Assembly (NCBI GenBank): GCA_024626585.2
Contig: JANKJI020000004.1
Location: forward strand, 125,469,197 to 125,487,523
Source of the DNA: Ginkgo biloba
Lineage: Eukaryota > Plantae > Ginkgophyta
Length of the DNA: 18,327 nucleotides
Direction: 5' to 3'
Position 1 is the first letter of the stretch, and each line of letters opens with the position of its first letter. Below are positions 11,473 through 18,327 of this stretch, one piece after another. The notes beneath the pieces were generated by a model. It had not been told where the DNA came from and searched no databases. It saw only the letters and a list, made by a program, of their open reading frames with translations. The translations under genes and the position numbers were made by a program.

Positions 11473-11760
11473 TTGAAATTGATTTTGCTAACTAGACTAC
11501 AGCACTAGTGACCTGTGATTTTTTATTGCAGCTTCCCATACACACTGTAGCCAAGTAGTGATGCTTCTTTCTCTGATAAAGCCAGTGAATTTTAGTGCCA
11601 TTATCTGGACTTGGAATAAATGTTGAGATTCAGCTGGCTTTAGCCTAGCTGATCAATGCCCATTTACTGGTGTTCTTCTGTGTTTCATGCTGCCATTTTT
11701 TTAGTTTTACAGGGTTTAAGGTATTCTGCACTTCTATCTCAGCTTTGTTTTAACAATTTC
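11473..11760 (+). repeat. Copy A of a ~285-bp diverged intronic repeat
   Basis: Ordered blocks shared with copies B and C: ttgaaatt..gctaacta, tgcag, cact.ta.ccaagta.tgat, ttatctg, ggaataaat, gagattcag, aatgcccatt, ttttacag-ggtttaag-gtat..tgcactt. Confidence 0.9.
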
Positions 11761-12466
11761 GCTTTCAGGTTGATTANNNNNNNNNNNNNNNNNNNNNNNN
11801 NNNNNNNNNNNNNNNNNNNNNNNNNNNNNNNNNNNNNNNNNNNNNNNNNNNNNNNNNNNNNNNNNNNNNNNNNNNNTTTAAGAAAAGAGAAGGAAGACAT
11901 GGCCTTGATTGAAAAGAACTTTAGAAATTTTTATTTGAGGAATAAATGTTTTACCACTATCACAAGAAAGGATATCTAAGATAGGTTTCATCAATTAAAG
12001 GTACTAGCAGCTAAGAATATATAAGTAATTATTATAGAAACCCAAGGTAGTTGATCACCTAACTCCATATGATGACCTTAACCATTTTCAACCATTGCAA
12101 TAGGAAGGGGAGGTTGGTGTCCTAGAATAAAAGGAATAATAGTGAAGAAAAGAGGATTCCACTTGGAACACCTAGTGAGGAAATTCTTGTGTTTCTAGTT
12201 TCTCTTTCTTCCCTATTATGTCATCCATTTTTCTTCTCTGTTTGTAACATGAATACTATCTCCTTGTAGATTGCCAAGTCAAAGAGTCTTCCAAAAAACT
12301 TTTGTACACCCTTTTGGTTAATTTTGGCTCCTTGTATTAGGTAATGAAATATTTTTGTAATCAAATAGTTTAACCATCCTTTATAATGGTCAAAGTTACA
12401 CATATGTATCTTTGGACTTGTTTTATGAATAAAACCTAAATGATTTCATATTGGTTTCATTACTAT

Positions 12467-12752
12467 TTCGGAATCATTTTAGCTAAGTAGACTACAGTAT
12501 TAGTCATCCTTAAATTTTTAGTGCAGGTTCTTAGTTGCACTCTATCCAAGTATTGATACCCACAAAGTTTTCTGGTGAAACTAGTGAATTTCAGTTTCTT
12601 TATCTGAACTGGGAATTAATTACCAAGACTCAGTTTTGGGCTGTCTGGTCAATCAGCCTTGGCTGGTGTTGTGCATTTTCTATTGGTATTTTTTTCTAGT
12701 TTTACAGGGTTCAAGGTATCATGCACTTTTATTTGAGATTTCTTTTTACATA
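12467..12752 (+). repeat. Copy B of the ~285-bp intronic repeat
   Basis: gctaagtagactacagtattagt...gtgcag...cactctatccaagtattgatac...ttttacagggttcaaggtatcatgcacttttat; head-to-tail with copy C. Confidence 0.9.
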
Positions 12753-13040
12753 TTGAAATTCATGTTAGCTAACTAATTGCACCATTAGCCATGGTGCAGT
12801 TTCTTAGATACACTCTATCCAAGTAGTGATACAAAGTTTTCTGATACAAACAATGAGTTTCAGTGTCTTTATCTGGTGTGGGAATAAATTGCTGAGATTC
12901 AGTTGGTTTTGGCCTGGCTGGTAAATGCCCATTGACTCTTGGTTTCCTGCATATTCTACCATCATTTTTCTTCTTGTTTTACAGAGTTTAAGGAATTATG
13001 CATTTTTATCCGAGGTTTCTTTTTGCATTTTTTAAAATTA
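12753..13040 (+). repeat. Copy C of the ~285-bp intronic repeat
   Basis: ttgaaattcatgttagctaacta...gtgcag...cactctatccaagtagtgatac...ttttacagagtttaaggaattatgcatttttat. Confidence 0.9.
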
Positions 13041-13606
13041 ATTATTCAAGTCCTAAAGTTTTTTCTTCACTTGTCAATGTGAGTCAATGATTGATCAACT
13101 TACGTGGTGGGCTAGAACAGCCTCTGAATGCCTAGCCAGTTAATGTCTGGCAGTTCATTCACTCACTTGGAAAAATGCAGGCTATGTGCTTTCAGGTTGA
13201 TTACTTTGTGTAGTTTGGAGCTTTCTGAAAATAACATTCTCCAGAAATTCACCAAGATTAGAGCAGAAATTGCCATCCTCCCAGAAACATTGGTTTTGTT
13301 ACTTGAAGGAGAGTTATATGATTCATACAAGTTGTGCATTAGTCAATCATTATAACCTTTAGAGTCTATAAGGTCAAAGTATAAGTAAGATTTAAATAAT
13401 CATTGAATTATAATACTTCTTTATAAGTACATGATTAAATATTATGAACACATTTTTTTATATACAAAAAANNNNNNNNNNNNNNNNNNNNNNNNNNNNN
13501 NNNNNNNNNNNNNNNNNNNNNNNNNNNNNNNNNNNNNNNNNNNNNNNNNNNNNNNNNNNNNNNNNNNNNNNGCATGTGCCCAATTCATGTAGACATGCTC
13601 ACTGAC

Positions 13607-13724
13607 CTTTTCCTGAAAAAAGAAAATTTTCCAAAATAACACTTTCCCAAATTGGACTTTCTAAAAATAGAATTTTCAAAAATAGAAATTTTTAAAAATA
13701 GAAAATTTTCCAAAATAGAATTTT
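13607..13724. repeat. Degenerate 15-17-nt A-tract/T-tract tandem repeat (AAAATAGAA(A)TTTT(C))
   Basis: aaaatagaattttca / aaaatagaaattttta / aaaatagaaaattttcc / aaaatagaatttt at 13664-13724, with more decayed units upstream. Confidence 0.75.
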
Positions 13725-14518
13725 ACATAAAAATTACAATACTTAGGGAAACACAAAATTTGCTATTTGGATATCAGTACGAGTTCTTTGATGATTCAAT
13801 TTCAACATTTCTAACTAAAATACTGTTGGGTCATTACTTGCCTATGGCCATAGAATCTTCCATTTAATATGTGGATATTTATGTGGGAGTAATGTGCTAT
13901 TTTGGGCTAATTGATGTACTTGGCTCTTTTTTGAATTCGATAAAGTGTAGGCGTCAATCCTTGTATTTATGAGGCTTTTGCTAACATAAGTAGTTGTGCT
14001 TTGTGGGTGAGTGGTTGGCATTATAATAACGATGATTGGAAGTGGATGAATGTTTGGAGGTTTTTCTTGTGGTATGTCCTTATTGGTTCTTGGCTTTTGT
14101 TTTGATTTTTGCTTCGTACTCAACCCATTTGTTTGCTCCATTTGTATCTCAGTTACTGTGGCTAAAAAAATTTGCTAATCTCTTTCCAATTTTACTCTCT
14201 AAATTGAAGGTTGGTTGTCACGTCTATGATTGTCGAACATATTGTTGATTGTCTCATTATTATCTCGATTTTCTTTTGTTTTACTAATCACGGTATGAAG
14301 TTGATTGTCTTTAATCACTTCATCTTTTTCATAATGCTCTTGGTCACTCATGTTAATGCATTCCTTGTTTATGATATCACTTTCCTCTTACTCCACTATG
14401 TTCTTATCATCTCTAATGATGATTTTTTCCTAATAATCTTTAGGCTTTGACATAAGCACTCTTGTTTGACTTCTTTGTAGAATACCTTTTTGATAGTAGA
14501 TCATTGCTTTCCTTAATT

Positions 14519-14542
14519 CCATACTACCATACTACCATACTA
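14519..14542. repeat. (CCATACTA)x3 perfect short tandem repeat
   Basis: Read directly from the sequence. Confidence 0.9.
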
Positions 14543-15860
14543 TATGTGTTCCTTTATGATTCTCTTCTTTAATGGTATTACCTTAAATTTCTTGAGGAAA
14601 TTTATGAATGAATATATAGCCCTTTCTTTAGATGGGAATGCTTAATATATTTCACAAGCTACCCACACACTTTNNNNNNNNNNNNNNNNNNNNNNNNNNN
14701 NNNNNNNNNNNNNNNNNNNNNNNNNNNNNNNNNNNNNNNNNNNNNNNNNNNNNNNNNNNNNNNNNNNNNNNNNNNNNNNNNNNNNNNNNNNNNNNNNNNN
14801 NNNNNNNNNNNNNNNNNNNNNNNNNNNNNNNNNNNNNNNNNNNNNNNNNNNNNNNNNNNNNNNNNNNNNNNNNNNNNNNNNNNNNNNNNNNNNNNNNNNN
14901 NNNNNNNNNNNNNNNNNNNNNNNNNNNNNNNNNNNNNNNNNNNNNNNNNNNNNNNNNNNNNNNNNNNNNNNNNNNNNNNNNNNNNNNNNNNNNNNNNNNN
15001 NNNNNNNNNNNNNNNNNNNNNNNNNNNNNNNNNNNNNNNNNNNNNNNNNNNNNNNNNNNNNNNNNNNNNNNNNNNNNNNNNNNNNNNNNNNNNNNNNNNN
15101 NNNNNNNNNNNNNNNNNNNNNNNNNNNNNNNNNNNNNNNNNNNNNNNNNNNNNNNNNNNNNNNNNNNNNNNNNNNNNNNNNNNNNNNNNNNNNNNNNNNN
15201 NNNNNNNNNNNNNNNNNNNNNNNNNNAATCAACCTCACAAATTTTTGTTTTTAAAGTTATTTAATAGTGTGTACTCATGATAACTAATTATCACTTGTCA
15301 ATTTTGAATACATTTAATACAATTATATACACGGATGACTTGATGCTTCTTTTTTTTATAAATTGAATATAATTTCAACTCTCACATAATTGATTTAAAT
15401 GATTTGACCATTTTTTTTTATTGAATGTCGGTATTATGATAGGAATATCAAAAAATATAATATTTATTGTGTTTTATTAATTTGTTAGAGGGGTTTTTTG
15501 TGGTAAATAAATCATTTCTAGCCATATCTTAGTTGTGTTTTATAATAATATATTGAATGTGAAATAAGTTGCTACAGAGTACTTGCATCATATTCAATTC
15601 AAATAAATCATATCATAGATTTCATATATTTCTATATTAATTTAAGTAATATATAGTATAATGGGGATTTGGTGGTCTTTTCTCATGGTGAATAATTATG
15701 AATCATGGAATTTTAGGTTTATTTAATCTATTTAGTAGATTGTAGTGCATTTAATGCATACAATATTGATATGTTAAAATAGCATGATTAAAGTCTTATT
15801 GATATATTAAATACTATTAAAGTTTTAATCTTTTCTTTTTTGTTCATGAATTTGTTGTAG

Positions 15861-16170
15861 GTTCGTGGCGTCGTCGGATCAGGGTGTGAAGGTTGCACAG
15901 GGGTGTCTACGGTTGTTGCAAGGGGGGCAGAGGGCCCTGTGGGGGGGTTGGAGCTTGGGCGTCATGGGGCCCAGACCCCGCGAGGAGCATAGGGCTCGCG
16001 TGAGGGCCGTGTTGGAGCTCGGGGCCTAACGCAAGTGGTAGGGGGCCATAGGATGTCTGGAGCAGAAGGGGCAAGGCCTTGTGGGCTTGGCACTGGTGGC
16101 AAGGGCCACATAAAGAGGAGGTAGGGGCAGGAGCCAAAAAAACAAGTGAGGGGCTGCCAAGGGTGCACCC
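15861..16170. other. Sharply bounded G-rich/GC-rich island in a very AT-rich context, probably part of a transposon
   Basis: Abrupt change from AT-rich 15227-15860 to many GGG(G) runs. The Pro- and Gly-rich ORFs here are compositional. Confidence 0.5.
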
Positions 16171-17695
16171 CAAAACAAGGACAATCACTACCTAATAAAA
16201 TTACCAAGGACCCTTATACTACTGAAACCATGGTGAGAAGAATCTTGGGAGGAATGAAACCACCAAATTTTTTATGCACCAATGGAAACCACCTACGGGA
16301 AACTGCCTCCAATGTTGAAACCACTTGTGAAGAGAAATCTTAAAGCCACCAATATTTGAAAACTGTCCTTTGGAAGATCGAAAACCACTTGTGCATCAAG
16401 AGAAACCACCAAGGGCTTTGAAACCCTAAGGGGTATGAANNNNNNNNNNNNNNNNNNNNNNNNNNNNNNNNNNNNNNNNNNNNNNNNNNNNNNNNNNNNN
16501 NNNNNNNNNNNNNNNNNNNNNNNNNNNNNNNNNNNNNNNATGAGATTTTCTATTTGTATATAATGATTTGATTGAATTAGTACCAATCTGCATTGGATGT
16601 AGAGAATCCATGACTGAATAAGCAAAGATATTTTTTGTGATGGCTAATGGCCAGGCAACACACACAAGAAAAAAAGGAAAGGGTATGAAATTCCCTTTTG
16701 TACACATTCTTGCTTGATAACATAGTTGCTTTCGACATTATGGAGTTGATTGATAGAAAACCCTTCTATATAAGTTAAAAGAACTGTCCAAAAGTTCCCC
16801 CTTCCAAATTCAGGATCTTCTTCTAAGGCTGCCAATGACAATGATAGAGGATGCGATTTCACACATTTGTCATCCTGTTGCTTTACTGCACTGAATTTTC
16901 AATTTTAGCCCAAGTCATATTACCCGAATAGAGGGTGAATCTTTTCCTAGAAAAGTTGCTCCATATTCCATTTTATCACTCTTGCTGTGGTCTTAAGAGT
17001 ACTCTTTTTTTAGGACATCCATATTTGTGGATGATTGTATCACTAATTCTTCTATAGGATAAAGTTCTTTTTCTTGCAGACTTTTGTACCTATTGGAGCT
17101 TCATACTTCTTGAGTCTGACAATTAACAATATTGCCTGATTGACACTTTTGATATCTAGGAGCTCTCATTGTTTGTGCATTGTGCTAGTCTTCCCTTAAC
17201 AGTAAGGACTAGGTGTTTGCTTGCAAAATTGGCTTAGACCTAATAGTTTTCCATTGCTAGGTGTGGCCATCTTTTATTAATTCGCTTAATCCCATTCAGT
17301 CTCTAGGTTTGAAAGACCAATGCATGACTCTGTCATACACATTTATGACTACATGTTAAAAATCCAGTCCTCTCCATTTTATTAGTTGTGAAGAGAAACC
17401 ATATTTATGGGTGCTTGTGTGTAAATCAAGTAAATTGGATAGAACCATGGAAACACATTTTGTTTTGCATTTGTAAGTGAATATTGAAGTTATTCAACAT
17501 CTATTGTAGAAGAGACCATCTTTAATGCTAGGTCCCTTTTGGTTGATTTTATTGATTGCTTGTTTCTTTGTTCCTACGTCATTATTATATTTTACATTGG
17601 CTTGCAGGACCAACATTATCCTATCGTCACAAGGAAGTTATTAGATTGTTTCATTGAATGAATACCCTTACAAACATACATTTTGCATTGAAAAG

Positions 17696-18327
17696 TGTTG
17701 AATGTCTTCTTCATGTTTTTCTCTCGTGACAACTTCCAATGTAGGTATTATAGCGTTTTTACAATTTCACAACAAATTAAAGAGTGATGTTGCCATTGCA
17801 TTTTCCATTTGTTATGAGCTAAATAATTATGGCATTAATAATAATAATAGTAGCAGTGTTATAAATCATAAATCTATTAGAATATAATATTTATTTGGTA
17901 TTAACAACATTTAATTACTAATAAGTAATAATAAATGTTAGTCATGTTAGAATTAGGTTATGTTAGTAATAATGTGAGATTTTGTCTAAGAAGGGAGTTA
18001 CCAACATATGTCAACTTTCCTACAAGAATTGTCTTGTTTAAATGTAATATTGAGTATGTACCTTTTGGACATAGAAAATAAAGAAATATATTTGTTCTTC
18101 TCTTCTTAATGTTTTTCCAACAATGGTATTAGAGTAGATGACAATTTTTGACATTTGAAGACGATCCTGACTCAATATAACCATGTCGCTATTCCTACTC
18201 CAAATCTCAGCTTTTTTGCCATTCAAAATTGATTCATATGGAAATCTAAAACCAAACAATGTTTTGGCAAATTTAAGGTGGTTTTGGCTCGCATTCTTTG
18301 TCAATTCTATGTAAAGTTGTTGTTTGG
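17696..18327 (+). mobile_element. 5' LTR, PBS and leader of a + strand LTR retrotransposon (left boundary uncertain)
   Basis: ...TTCCAACA ends at 18122, then after one base TGGTATTAGAG (18124-18134; tRNA-Met PBS with one C-to-T change). Candidate LTR starts are TGTTG at 17696 (best inverted match to CAACA) and TGTTA at 17810 or 17857. The interior is AT-rich with AATAAA. Confidence 0.55.

Noticed and set aside
11550-11620. C/D-box snoRNA cluster interpretation of the triplicated repeat (GTGATG...CTGA)
   Set aside because: The C box is not RTGATGA in any copy (GTGATGC, TTGATAC, GTGATAC), CTGA is not conserved in position, and no terminal stem is evident. An Infernal search would settle it.
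11877-12440. Possible + strand LINE 3' fragment between repeat copies A and B
   Set aside because: It looks like decayed TE sequence ending near an AATAAA, but I found no diagnostic motif.
13842-14510. Minus-strand acidic, low-complexity reading frame and a hydrophobic + ORF (14211-14450)
   Set aside because: Multiple stops and no domain. The hydrophobic ORF is the antisense shadow of A-rich sequence, probably a decayed retroelement.
16224-16427. CRISPR-like repeat/spacer periodicity
   Set aside because: The repeated core is only 7-8 nt, spacing is irregular, there are no cas genes, and the context is a plant intron.

Overview
Eukaryotic, AT-rich, gapped draft-assembly sequence from a large land-plant genome. 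It looks gymnosperm-like, but that assignment is inferred. The only host coding sequence I can recognise is a cluster of three + strand GT-AG exons (9982-10037, 10136-10205, 10613-10708). They splice in frame to part of the MutS mismatch-binding domain I and the start of domain II of plant MSH7. No other MSH7 exon is visible, so the rest of the window appears to be two very long introns filled with decayed transposons. These include an antisense L1-type LINE (about 3431-8030) interrupted by a Ty3/gypsy gag fragment, a minus-strand LTR with a PPT on one side and a tRNA-Met PBS on the other (2782-3379), and a + strand LTR end with a PBS near 18122. The most unusual unexplained structure is a triplicated ~285-bp intronic module downstream of the last exon. 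Each copy carries branch-point and acceptor signals plus an 8-nt micro-exon-like element, with an intact AG/GT frame in two of the three copies. There are 11 N-gaps, several of about 100 N and probably of unknown size, so distances and adjacency across gaps are uncertain. Most ORFs in the supplied track are spurious or gap-spanning. I found no evidence of a prokaryotic-type system such as CRISPR or an operon.
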